DNA from: Gemmatimonadales bacterium
GTDB taxonomy: Bacteria > Gemmatimonadota > Gemmatimonadetes > Gemmatimonadales > GWC2-71-9
Reading direction: 5' to 3'
Assembly (NCBI GenBank): GCA_035519195.1
Contig: DATIWU010000089.1
Span: 3,649-67,648 of the forward strand
DNA length: 64,000 nt
The notes below the pieces were generated by a model. The model was not told where the DNA came from, ran no database searches, and saw only the letters and a program-made list of their open reading frames with translations. Shown piece by piece: positions 1 to 8,609 of the stretch. Position 1 is the stretch's first letter; each line of letters begins with the position of its first letter. The translations under genes were made by a program, and so were the position numbers.

Positions 1-753
1 CTCGAGCGGGCGCCCAAGATCGTCTGCTTCCCCTACGTTTCGAACGCGCTCGGGACCATCAATCCCGCGCCACAGCTGATCGCGCTGGCGCACGGCGCGG
101 GGGCGGTGGTACTGGTCGATGGCGCCCAGTCGACCCCGCATCTGCGCGTGGACGTGCAGGCGCTGGACTGCGACTTCTACGCGCTGTCCGGTCACAAGAT
201 GCTCGGGCCCATGGGGTCCGGCGCCCTCGTGGCGAAGCCCGCGTTGCTCGAGGCAATGCCGCCGTACCACGGCGGCGGCGAAATGATCTCCCGAGTGTGG
301 GATGATCATTCGACGTACAAACACCCGCCGCACAAGTTCGAGGCGGGAACGCCGAATGTGGAGGGTGCGGTCGGGCTCGCGGCCGCGATCGACTACCTCG
401 AGACGATCGGCATGGAGCAGATCGCGGCGCACGAATCCACGCTCGCCCGCGCCGCGATGGATCACCTGTCGAAAATTGAGGGGATCACGATCTACGGTCC
501 TGCGGAGCACCGTGCGGGCGTGGTATCGTTCACGTATGGAGACATCCACCCGCACGATCTCGCGACCATTCTCGATCAGGACGGGGTCTGCATCCGCGCC
601 GGCCATCACTGCGCCCAACCGCTGATGCGCCGGCTGAATGTCGCAGCCACTGCCAGGGCGTCATTCTATCTCTACAATGATCTCCAGGATGTCACACTGC
701 TTTCGGAATCGCTCGTGAAGGCCGGGGCGCTCTTCGGCTATGTGCCCGCCTGA
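1..753 (+). CDS. sufS: Cysteine desulfurase, SufS type (C-terminal ~250 aa; 5' end lies left of the window)
   Basis: Frame 1 is open from base 1 (LERAPKIVCFPYVSNALGTINP...). It contains the PLP-lysine region ALSGHKMLGP and the active-site loop RAGHHCAQPLM. sufU follows directly. Confidence 0.9.
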   Translation, partial: LERAPKIVCFPYVSNALGTINPAPQLIALAHGAGAVVLVDGAQSTPHLRVDVQALDCDFYALSGHKMLGPMGSGALVAKPALLEAMPPYHGGGEMISRVWDDHSTYKHPPHKFEAGTPNVEGAVGLAAAIDYLETIGMEQIAAHESTLARAAMDHLSKIEGITIYGPAEHRAGVVSFTYGDIHPHDLATILDQDGVCIRAGHHCAQPLMRRLNVAATARASFYLYNDLQDVTLLSESLVKAGALFGYVPA

Positions 754-1243
754 GTCCCCACCAGGACCCCGCTCCCCCGCCCCTCCGTCCCCGGCGACGC
801 TGCCCGATCTCGGAGAACTCTATCAGGAGCTGATCCTCGATCATTACCGCCGACCGCGCAACAAGGGGAAACTGGAGCAGCCGACACACGGTGCGGCATT
901 GAATAATCCGCTCTGCGGTGATGAGGTCGATCTCGAGCTGCGCGTCCAGAACGACGTGATCACGGATGTGCGGTTCGTAGGGCGGGGTTGCTCCATTTCG
1001 CAGGCCGCGGCGTCGATGATGACGCAGGTGATCAAGGACCGTCCGCTCACGGAAGCCCTCTCGCTCGCCGGGAGAATGAGCGCCATGATGCACGGAGATG
1101 AGGCCGCCGCGCGGGACAAATCCTTGGGAGATCTGCGCGCGCTGGTCGGAGTGGCCAGGTTTCCCGTGCGCGTCAAGTGTGCGCTCCTTCCCTGGAATGC
1201 GTTGCAGGACGCGCTCAAGTCCTCTGGAACGGCGTCACGCTGA
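740..1243 (+). CDS. sufU: SufU/IscU-like Fe-S cluster assembly scaffold
   Basis: The three conserved Cys contexts NNPLCGDEV, GRGCSISQAAASMM and VKCALLPW are present. It overlaps the sufS stop by 14 nt. Confidence 0.85.
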   Translation: MCPPESPPGPRSPAPPSPATLPDLGELYQELILDHYRRPRNKGKLEQPTHGAALNNPLCGDEVDLELRVQNDVITDVRFVGRGCSISQAAASMMTQVIKDRPLTEALSLAGRMSAMMHGDEAAARDKSLGDLRALVGVARFPVRVKCALLPWNALQDALKSSGTASR

Positions 1244-2205
1244 CTCCACCACCGGTCGTCGAGCTACAAGGCATCACGAAGCGTTTCGCCGGCCACACCG
1301 CGGTCGAGAATCTCTCGCTTGTCGTTCCCAAGGGCGTCATCTACGGCTTGCTCGGGCCGAATGGCGCCGGGAAGACAACCACGATTCGCATCATCCTCAG
1401 CATTCTCCTCGCGGATTCCGGCCGCGTAGCCGTATTCGGGGCAACCGGGAGTGGACGCGATCAAACCGGACGCATCGGATATCTCCCCGAGGAACGCGGC
1501 CTGTACCGCAAGATGCGTGTGCTCGATGTGCTCGTCTTCCTGGCGCAAATGAAAGGCGTGCCACGCGCCACGGCTCGCCTGCGGGCGGAGCAGTGGCTCG
1601 AGCGGTTCGGGCTCGCGAGCTGGCGGATGCGGCGCATCGACGAGTTGTCCAAAGGCATGCAGCAGAAAGTGCAGTTCATCTCGACGCTGCTGCACGAGCC
1701 GGAGCTGGTCGTGCTCGATGAGCCGTTCGCGGGACTCGATCCGGTGAATGCCCAGGCCTTGAAGGACACGGTGCTCGAGCTGCGCCAGCGTGGCGTGACC
1801 GTGCTCTTCTCGACCCACATCATGGAACAGGCCGAGAAACTGTGCGACCAGCTCTGCATCATCGCCCGCGGGCGCAAACTGGTGGATGGTTCGCTTAGCG
1901 ACATCAAGCGGCCATCATCGAGACAGCATATAGCCATCGCGTTCGACGGCGCCGCCGGCAATGCGGCCGCCCTGTTCAGTGACGCGCGCGTCGTCAGCAA
2001 AGTGGACGACTACGGGCAGTACGCCGAACTCGAGCTCGTGCCCGGTGCCGACCCCCAGGAGCTGCTGCGTGCCCTGGTGCGGTCCGGTGCGCGGCTTTCG
2101 CGCTTCCAACTCGTCGAGCCTTCACTTCACAAAATCTTTGTCGATCTCGTGGGCGACGCGGCGGAGCCCGATACCGCGCGGAATGGCGATTCCGAGAATG
2201 TCTAA
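1177..2205 (+). CDS. ABC transporter ATP-binding protein (ABC-2/NatA-like)
   Basis: Walker A GPNGAGKTT, signature LSKGMQQK and Walker B LVVLDEPFAGLD are present. The start is uncertain: ATG 1177 overlaps sufU by 67 nt, while CTG 1240 forms a CTGA stop/start junction giving (M)TPPPVVELQGITKRF. Confidence 0.85.
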   Translation: MCAPSLECVAGRAQVLWNGVTLTPPPVVELQGITKRFAGHTAVENLSLVVPKGVIYGLLGPNGAGKTTTIRIILSILLADSGRVAVFGATGSGRDQTGRIGYLPEERGLYRKMRVLDVLVFLAQMKGVPRATARLRAEQWLERFGLASWRMRRIDELSKGMQQKVQFISTLLHEPELVVLDEPFAGLDPVNAQALKDTVLELRQRGVTVLFSTHIMEQAEKLCDQLCIIARGRKLVDGSLSDIKRPSSRQHIAIAFDGAAGNAAALFSDARVVSKVDDYGQYAELELVPGADPQELLRALVRSGARLSRFQLVEPSLHKIFVDLVGDAAEPDTARNGDSENV

Positions 2206-3454
2206 AGTCGGCGCCGTGATCCGGCGAGAATTCGTCGAGCGGGTGCGCAGCCGCTGGTTCTGGATTTCCGCGATTCTCCTTCCCGTCCTGTTCGCGGCGA
2301 TTTTCGTGCTCCCGATGATGTTCATGGGATCGGGCGGCGCGCGGCGCATCGCCGTGGTGGACGGCACGACCACCGACCTCGGAAAACAGGTCACCGTCGC
2401 CCTCTCAGCCGGCGGAACGTTCTCGGCCACCCGCGTGGTACGCCATCCCGGGGTCATCGATTCGCTCACTCGAGCCACCGCCACGAAGGCGCTTGACGGA
2501 CTGCTCATCGTGGACGACAGCCTGGTCGGCAACGGCTCGGCTGAGTATCGCGGGACGAACGTGTCGTCGCTGCGGGACATGCAGGAGCTCGAGCGAACCT
2601 TGGGAGTGGTCGTGATCGGGACGCGGCTCGAACGGGCCGGAGTCGATGCGCGGGTCCTCGCGCGCGCGCAATTGCCGCTCAGGCTCGCGACGCGAAAGAT
2701 CTCGGCTGCCCAGACGACAGGGGAAAGCTCGACTCAGTCGTTCTCGCTCGCGTACTTGATGGGAACTATTCTCTACACGACGATTCTCATGTACGGCGTC
2801 AATGTGAAGAGCTCGGTGCTCGAAGAGAAAACGACCCGTATCGTGGAAGTGCTCGTGTCATCGGTGCGGCCGTTCACACTGCTGCTCGGAAAGGTGATCG
2901 GCGTTGGAGCCGTGTCGCTGCTCCAGCTCTTGATCTGGGCCATCGCGGGGAAGCTCATGCTCAGCGAGCGGGCGACGCTGGCGGCGTATTTCGGTGCCGA
3001 TCAGGGCCCCGCGTTGTTCGAGATCCCCCACGTTTCCGCCGCCACCGGCGGTGTTTTTGCCGCCTACTTCCTCGGAGGATTTTTTCTGTACTCGGCGATG
3101 TTCGCCGCAGCGGGAGCGATGTCATCCTCGGAGCAAGAAGCGCAGCAAGCGCAGCAGCCGATCGTCCTCGTACTCCTGCTGTCGTTCGTCTCGCTGTTCG
3201 TTCTGATCGGGGATCCCAACTCGACATTTTCGATTCTCCTGTCCCTTATCCCCTTCACCTCACCGATCGCGATGCCGGTACGGTGGGCGGCGGGGGACCT
3301 GCCGTTGACTGACCTGGTGGTGTCGCTGGTCCTGCTGGTGGTGGGGGTCGTAGGAACGACATGGATCGCGGCGCGGATCTACAGAGTCGGGATCCTCATG
3401 ACGGGCAAGCGGCCCAACGTTAGAGAACTAGTGCGCTGGGTCAAGGCGAGCTAG
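2198..3454 (+). CDS. ABC-2 type transporter permease (NatB-like)
   Basis: ATG 2198 overlaps the ATPase stop (ATGTCTAA). The product MSKVGAVIRREFVERVRSRWFW... has one N-terminal TM helix, a large loop and a C-terminal cluster of hydrophobic helices. The track ORF starting at 1961 is upstream read-through. Confidence 0.8.
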   Translation: MSKVGAVIRREFVERVRSRWFWISAILLPVLFAAIFVLPMMFMGSGGARRIAVVDGTTTDLGKQVTVALSAGGTFSATRVVRHPGVIDSLTRATATKALDGLLIVDDSLVGNGSAEYRGTNVSSLRDMQELERTLGVVVIGTRLERAGVDARVLARAQLPLRLATRKISAAQTTGESSTQSFSLAYLMGTILYTTILMYGVNVKSSVLEEKTTRIVEVLVSSVRPFTLLLGKVIGVGAVSLLQLLIWAIAGKLMLSERATLAAYFGADQGPALFEIPHVSAATGGVFAAYFLGGFFLYSAMFAAAGAMSSSEQEAQQAQQPIVLVLLLSFVSLFVLIGDPNSTFSILLSLIPFTSPIAMPVRWAAGDLPLTDLVVSLVLLVVGVVGTTWIAARIYRVGILMTGKRPNVRELVRWVKAS

Positions 3455-3474
3455 CAGGGGCAACGGGCGAGATG

Positions 3475-3491
3475 CGGAAGGCGCCCTTCCG
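3475..3491 (+). terminator. Hairpin CGGAAGG-CGC-CCTTCCG downstream of the ABC permease (weak terminator candidate, no U-tract)
   Basis: A 7-bp perfect stem with a 3-nt loop, read directly, lies 21 nt after the stop at 3454. Confidence 0.3.
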
Positions 3492-3571
3492 AGAACCCGT
3501 TAAACTCCGACCCGTTATGCGTCTGTACGTCTAGCTTTTGCATTTCCTATCGGACTACCTTCCTACTCACT

Positions 3572-5428
3572 ATGTCCTTTGACGTCATCGTTGTGGGCGG
3601 TGGTCACGCCGGTACCGAATCCGCTGTCATGTCGGCTCGCCTCGGCGCTCGCACCCTGCTCGTCACCTCCAATCTCGATACCATCGGCCACATGAGCTGC
3701 AATCCCGCCATTGGCGGGATTGCCAAGGGTACGGTCGTTCGAGAGATCGATGCCTTGGGTGGGGTCATGGGCCGGGCCGCTGACCGCGCCACGATCCAGT
3801 TTCGCATGCTGAACCGGTCCAAGGGCCCCGCCGTGTGGGCGCCGCGGGCGCAGTGCGATCGGACACTATACCGCCGCGCGGTTCGACAGATCCTCGAAGC
3901 GTTCCCGGACCTCGATCTCACGCAGGGTACGGTCGACCGCCTACTGGTGGATGGCCACGGCGTTCGCGGCGTGACGCTCGCCGATGGTCGCGACCTGCTC
4001 GCCCGCGCGGTCGTGATCACCGCCGGCACGTTTCTCCGCGGCCGGATTCATATGGGGACCGAGACTCGGATACCGGCGGGGCGCATGGGCGATCCACCGG
4101 CGCAGGCGATTGCCGAGCAGATCGAGCAGCTCGGTTTCGCGGTCTCCCGTTTCAAGACCGGTACTCCGCCTCGCGTGGATGGCCGCTCGGTAGACTGGTC
4201 CAAGGTCGATCGTCAGGACGGCGAGCGGACCGATTTCCGGTTTTCGTTCTACGAACGGCACGACTGGCCGCGGCAGGTGCCCTGCTGGATCACGTGGGCG
4301 GGTGCGCCTCTCAAGGAAATCATTCTGCGCCACCTGCACGAGTCGGCGTTGTACGGCGGAGCCATCGCCTCACGGGGCCCGCGTTACTGCCCGTCCGTCG
4401 AGGACAAGATCGTAAAGTTCCCCAATGCGGAACGGCATCAGGTCTTTCTCGAGCCTGAGGGGCTGGACACGCACGAGCTGTACGTGAATGGTCTGTCCAC
4501 TTCCCTGCCCCTCTCTGTGCAGCTCGAGTTCATCCACACCGTTCCAGGCCTGGAGCATGCCCGGGTGACGAGGCCGGGGTACGCCATCGAGTACGACTAT
4601 TACCCGCCCACCCAGCTCACTCCCTGGCTCGAGACGAAGCCGATCGAGCGCTTGTTCCTGGCGGGCCAGATCAATGGAACGACGGGATACGAAGAGGCCG
4701 GCGGACAGGGCGTTATCGCCGGCATCAATGCGGTGCGCCGGCTGCGCGACCAGGAGCCGGTGGTGCTGGCCAGAGACGCCGCCTACCTCGGCGTGCTCGT
4801 GGACGACCTCGTGACGCGGGGAGTCGACGAGCCGTACCGGTTGTTCACGTCGCGCTCCGAGTTCCGCTTGTTGCTGCGGCAGGATAACGCGCTGCGGCGG
4901 CTGTTCGATCTTGCGCGGCGATTGGGACTGCCGAACGCCGCGGAAATCGCAATCGCTGAGCGGCGGCTGGAACAGGAAGAGCGGCTCCTGCGGGTCGCCG
5001 AGTCCACGACGATAGCGCCCGAGCAAGCCTCGGTCGCGCTCGCGCCTTCGGGCACGGCACTCGCGGAGCCGGAGCGGGTCGCGGCGCTGGCGCGCCGTCC
5101 CGGGGTGTCGCTTGCCGCACTGTTCCGTGCGGCTGGTGTGCAGGTGGAGGATTCGCTCGAGGCGGTGACGGCGGCGGAGATCGAAATCAAGTACGAAGGG
5201 TATCTCGCTCGTGAGCGTGACGCGGCCGAGCGGCTGGCAGAGCTCGCGGCGTTTTCACTGCCGGCGGATCTTCCTTATCTCGAGCTCGCCACCCTCGCGA
5301 CAGAAGCACGACAGAAACTCGACCGCGTACGCCCAACGACGCTGGCGCAGGCCGCGCGGGTTCCGGGGGTGTCGCCATCCGACCTGCAGAATCTCGTGCT
5401 CGAAACCGTCCGGCGTCGCCGCGCGTAA
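3572..5428 (+). CDS. mnmG: tRNA uridine 5-carboxymethylaminomethyl modification enzyme MnmG (GidA)
   Basis: 618 aa with the N-terminal FAD motif DVIVVGGGHAGTE. The characteristic GidA blocks GPRYCPSVEDK and FLAGQINGTTGYEEAGGQG are present. Confidence 0.95.
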   Translation: MSFDVIVVGGGHAGTESAVMSARLGARTLLVTSNLDTIGHMSCNPAIGGIAKGTVVREIDALGGVMGRAADRATIQFRMLNRSKGPAVWAPRAQCDRTLYRRAVRQILEAFPDLDLTQGTVDRLLVDGHGVRGVTLADGRDLLARAVVITAGTFLRGRIHMGTETRIPAGRMGDPPAQAIAEQIEQLGFAVSRFKTGTPPRVDGRSVDWSKVDRQDGERTDFRFSFYERHDWPRQVPCWITWAGAPLKEIILRHLHESALYGGAIASRGPRYCPSVEDKIVKFPNAERHQVFLEPEGLDTHELYVNGLSTSLPLSVQLEFIHTVPGLEHARVTRPGYAIEYDYYPPTQLTPWLETKPIERLFLAGQINGTTGYEEAGGQGVIAGINAVRRLRDQEPVVLARDAAYLGVLVDDLVTRGVDEPYRLFTSRSEFRLLLRQDNALRRLFDLARRLGLPNAAEIAIAERRLEQEERLLRVAESTTIAPEQASVALAPSGTALAEPERVAALARRPGVSLAALFRAAGVQVEDSLEAVTAAEIEIKYEGYLARERDAAERLAELAAFSLPADLPYLELATLATEARQKLDRVRPTTLAQAARVPGVSPSDLQNLVLETVRRRRA

Positions 5429-5455
5429 GCAAGAGTCGGGCAACTGCTTATCCGA

Positions 5456-5471
5456 TGTTTCACGTGAAACG
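5456..5471. promoter_or_regulatory. parS: parS centromere-like site TGTTTCACGTGAAACG
   Basis: It is a 15/16 match to the canonical tGTTTCACGTGAAACa. The 14-bp core GTTTCACGTGAAAC is a perfect palindrome. It lies 28 nt after the mnmG stop and about 90 nt upstream of parA. Confidence 0.85.
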
Positions 5472-5558
5472 TCGCTCTTTACGGTTCCGGTACGATATCC
5501 TATATTCTATCGCGTCCTTGTCCAATTATATAAACTATTGTGAATAAATAAGTTGCAA

Positions 5559-6413
5559 ATGTCTCGCGTCATCGCCATCGCCAATCAGAAAGGCGGCGTG
5601 GGCAAGACCACGACCGCGGTGAACCTTGCTGCCTCGCTCGCGACGGCGGAGCGCAAGACACTGCTGGTCGATGCCGATCCCCAGGGGAATACCACGAGCG
5701 GCGTCGGCATCGAGCGCGATCGCATTCGGGTGTCCCTTTACGACGCCTTGCTCGAAGGCAGCGCGCTCAGCAAGGCCCGATTCCCTCACGTGCATTTTCC
5801 ATATCTCGATCTGATCCCCGCGACTCAGGACCTGGTCGGGGCCGAGCTGGAGCTCGTGAACCGCTCGTCCAGGGAGACGGCGATGCGGCGCGCGCTCGCG
5901 AGCATTCGCGACGAATACCAGTACATCGTGATCGACTGCCCTCCCTCGCTCGGCCTCGTGACGTTGAACATGCTGACCGCCGCGGACAGCGTGGTCATTC
6001 CGATCCAGTGTGAGTACTACGCGCTGGAAGGGCTGTCGCAGTTGCTGAACACGATCAAGCTCGTGCAACGAAACTTCAATTCCGCACTCGCGATCGATGG
6101 CGTGTTGCTCACGATGTACGACGCGCGGCTCAATCTCTGTAAACAGGTGGCGGAAGAGGCGCAGGAGTATTTCGGCGCGCGGATGTTCAGTATCACCATT
6201 CCCCGCAACGTGCGGCTGGCCGAAGCGCCGAGTTTCGGCAAGCCAATCCTGCTGTACGACGTGCAGTCGGTTGGCGCCCGTAGTTATCTCGCCGTGGCGC
6301 AGGAGCTGATCCGCCGCGTCGAGCATCCGGACGTCCTCCCTGCTGCTGCTCCCTCCCCCTCCCCTGCGCTGCCGGTTGACGCCGATCAACCGCTGCCGGA
6401 GGTGCCCGCATGA
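5559..6413 (+). CDS. parA: Chromosome partitioning ATPase ParA/Soj
   Basis: MSRVIAIANQKGGVGKTTT carries the deviant Walker A motif. ATG 5559 is preferred over the TTG 5553 used by the track. The stop overlaps the parB start (ATGA). Confidence 0.93.
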   Translation: MSRVIAIANQKGGVGKTTTAVNLAASLATAERKTLLVDADPQGNTTSGVGIERDRIRVSLYDALLEGSALSKARFPHVHFPYLDLIPATQDLVGAELELVNRSSRETAMRRALASIRDEYQYIVIDCPPSLGLVTLNMLTAADSVVIPIQCEYYALEGLSQLLNTIKLVQRNFNSALAIDGVLLTMYDARLNLCKQVAEEAQEYFGARMFSITIPRNVRLAEAPSFGKPILLYDVQSVGARSYLAVAQELIRRVEHPDVLPAAAPSPSPALPVDADQPLPEVPA

Positions 6414-7309
6414 CGGAAGTCGTCGCCGGTCGACGTCGCCTGGGACGCGGTCTCGAAGCATTACTCGGTCCATCGCGCGAGGACGCGGAACGCGAGGGCA
6501 GCCTCGTCGAGCTGCCGATCGCCGAGATTCGCTCCAATCCCCTGCAACCGCGGCGCGACGTGGATCCGGCCGCTTTGGAGGAGCTGAAGACATCGATTCG
6601 CCAGGCGGGTCTCTTGCAGCCCGTCGTGGTGCGCAGCGTGCCCGCGGGGAGTCGCGGCGCGAAGTTCGAGCTGATCGCCGGCGAACGGCGGCTGCGCGCG
6701 TGCAAGGCGCTCGGCTGGGAACGCATTCCCGCCGTGCGGCGCGATGTAGACGATCGCACGCTTCTGACGCTCGCGCTGATCGAGAACCTGCAGCGCGACG
6801 ATCTCTCGCCACTCGACGAGGCGCGCGGCTACGAACGGTTGATCGACGAATTCAAGCTCACGCAGCACGACGTTGCCGGGGCGGTGGGGCGTGACCGTTC
6901 CACCATCGCCAACGCGCTGCGTCTGCTCAAGCTGCCCGCCGCGGTGCTCGCGCTCCTCCATAGTGGCCAGCTGTCCGTGGGCCACGCGCGCGCGTTGCTC
7001 GCGATCGACGACCCGGCGCTCGTCACGACGCTGGCACGCGAGGCCGTGTCGCAGGGACTATCCGTGCGCGAGATCGAGGATCGGGCGCGCGGTGGCCGGG
7101 CCCCCCACCGCCGTCCGCGCATGAAGCGCGGCGCGGGCCCGGCTCCCGAGGTTCGGCGCGTCGAGGACGCGTTGCGCAAGCATTTCGGTACCGACGTGCG
7201 TGTGACCCTGCGCGCGAAGGGAAAGGGACAGATCCACCTCGCGTTTTTTTCGAACGACGATCTCGCGCGCTTGCTCGAGTTGCTGCTCGGGGCACCGTTC
7301 GACGGATGA
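6410..7309 (+). CDS. parB: Chromosome partitioning protein ParB/Spo0J
   Basis: ParB-box motifs IRSNPLQPRR and ELIAGERRLRA are present, with an HTH region STIANALRLLKLP. ATGA junctions sit on both sides. Confidence 0.93.
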   Translation: MTEVVAGRRRLGRGLEALLGPSREDAEREGSLVELPIAEIRSNPLQPRRDVDPAALEELKTSIRQAGLLQPVVVRSVPAGSRGAKFELIAGERRLRACKALGWERIPAVRRDVDDRTLLTLALIENLQRDDLSPLDEARGYERLIDEFKLTQHDVAGAVGRDRSTIANALRLLKLPAAVLALLHSGQLSVGHARALLAIDDPALVTTLAREAVSQGLSVREIEDRARGGRAPHRRPRMKRGAGPAPEVRRVEDALRKHFGTDVRVTLRAKGKGQIHLAFFSNDDLARLLELLLGAPFDG

Positions 7310-8100
7310 AAGGCAAGAGCGTCACGATGGTCGTCCACGTGGACGGCGATCTGACCTCGCGACAATATCGAGTACCGCTCTGGGCCCTCGAGGCAGGGAA
7401 GTGGGGCGCGGTGACGGTGGCGCTCCTTGTCGTTCTGTTCTTCGCCTTTGCCGCGCCGATCACCCACGCCGCGGCTCGCGTCCCCGGACTCGAACAGGAA
7501 ATCGCCCGACTCCGGACCGAGAATGGTCGGGTCGCGCAGTTGGCGGCCGCATTGAATCGCGCCGAGGCCAATTACCAGGCCATGCGGCAGCTCCTGGGAG
7601 TGCGTGCTCCTCAAGAAACGGCGCCGACCGTCGAGACGGCGGGGTTGATCCGGGCGTTACCCGTTCGGGTGCGCTCAGGAAAAGCTGAGCCGCGGTACGA
7701 AGCGGGACTGTCGGAGCCCAGTCATTGGCCGCTCGACGAGCAGGGGTTCATCACCCGTCAGCAGATCGGGGAAGGGGACCCCGCGGAAAGTCACCCGGGA
7801 ATCGATATCGCCGTCTCGATCGGCTCCGCGGTACGCGCTTCCGGAGGCGGCGTGGTGGAGGCCGCCGGTGCCGACAGCGCGTACGGCCTGTTCGTTCTGC
7901 TCAAACATCCGAGCGGATACGAGACGATGTACGGTCACGCGTCACGGTTGCTCGTACAGAATGGTGATACCGTTTTCGCGGGGCAGGTGATCGCACTCTC
8001 CGGCAATACCGGACGCTCGAGTGCTCCTCATCTGCATTTCGAAGTCCGCCGCGACGGGAAATCGCTCGATCCGCTTACGATCGCAAAGGAGGACCACTGA
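7306..8100 (+). CDS. M23 (LytM-family) metallopeptidase with N-terminal TM helix and coiled coil
   Basis: The HxxxD motif (HPGIDIA) and HxH motif (APHLHFEV) are intact. A TM segment GAVTVALLVVLFFAFAAPI is followed by a coiled-coil-like stretch. Confidence 0.88.
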   Translation: MKGKSVTMVVHVDGDLTSRQYRVPLWALEAGKWGAVTVALLVVLFFAFAAPITHAAARVPGLEQEIARLRTENGRVAQLAAALNRAEANYQAMRQLLGVRAPQETAPTVETAGLIRALPVRVRSGKAEPRYEAGLSEPSHWPLDEQGFITRQQIGEGDPAESHPGIDIAVSIGSAVRASGGGVVEAAGADSAYGLFVLLKHPSGYETMYGHASRLLVQNGDTVFAGQVIALSGNTGRSSAPHLHFEVRRDGKSLDPLTIAKEDH

Positions 8101-8107
8101 CGTGGCG

Positions 8108-8518
8108 ATGTTCACGGAACGAGGGCAGGGGACAAGCGAGTCGGAAAGCGCCCTGTCGATCATCGGCTCGGGCATGCGCGTCGTCGGCGACATCACGGCC
8201 GACGGTGTGGTCAAGATCGAAGGCTCGGTGATCGGCACAGTGCGGGCCGGCCGGCAGGTGCTCGTGGCAAAAGGCGGCGAAGTCGAGGGAGACATCATCA
8301 CCCGCGAGGCCATCGTCGGAGGCGAGGTGCGCGGCACGGTGATCGCGGACGAACGGGTGGAGATTCAGACGGCGAGCGTGGTGCACGGCGACGTGACCTG
8401 CAAGAAGCTGTTGGTCCACGAGGGAGGAGAGATCAACGGCGTCGTGCGCATGGGGGAGAAACTGGAACCGGTTGAAGCAGGCAAAGGAGAAACGAAACAA
8501 CTCGCCGCAGCCAAGTGA
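8108..8518 (+). CDS. Bactofilin (polymer-forming cytoskeletal protein)
   Basis: A repetitive beta-helix pattern G.V.G.I / V.I.G.V.G runs throughout (IIGSGMRVVGDITADGVVKIEGSVIGTV...). ATG 8108 (or in-frame GTG 8102) lies directly after the M23 stop at 8100. Confidence 0.85.
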   Translation: MFTERGQGTSESESALSIIGSGMRVVGDITADGVVKIEGSVIGTVRAGRQVLVAKGGEVEGDIITREAIVGGEVRGTVIADERVEIQTASVVHGDVTCKKLLVHEGGEINGVVRMGEKLEPVEAGKGETKQLAAAK

Positions 8519-8525
8519 TGACGAA

Positions 8526-8609
8526 TTGTCCACATCTCGCCGTTTCCCGCATGTGGATTCTCCAATCCACACAACACCAACTAGATACACTGTCGCATCA
8601 TGTGGGAAT
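8526..8609. promoter_or_regulatory. Cluster of DnaA-box-like 9-mers in the bactofilin-nif3 spacer
   Basis: TTGTCCACA (8526-8534), TGTGGATTC (8552-8560, reverse orientation), CAATCCACA (8563-8571) and a weaker TGTGGGAAT (8601-8609). Boxes 2 and 3 form the inverted repeat TGTGGAT-N6-ATCCACA. Confidence 0.45.

Noticed and set aside
5448-5456. TTATCCGAT next to parS, resembling the first six bases of a DnaA box.
   Set aside because: It is only 6/9 to TTATCCACA and lacks the critical CACA end, so it is not counted as a DnaA box.
5535-6812. 425-aa ORF on the minus strand covering parA and the 5' part of parB.
   Set aside because: It is antisense to two unambiguous genes. The translation is Arg/Ala/Pro-rich low-complexity sequence with no motifs. 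This is the typical shadow ORF of GC-rich DNA.
7333-7344. 12-bp palindrome GTCCACGTGGAC just inside the M23 gene, sharing the CACGTG core of parS.
   Set aside because: The flanks do not match the GTTT/AAAC arms that ParB recognises (only about 9/16 to consensus). It is probably a coincidental palindrome in coding DNA.
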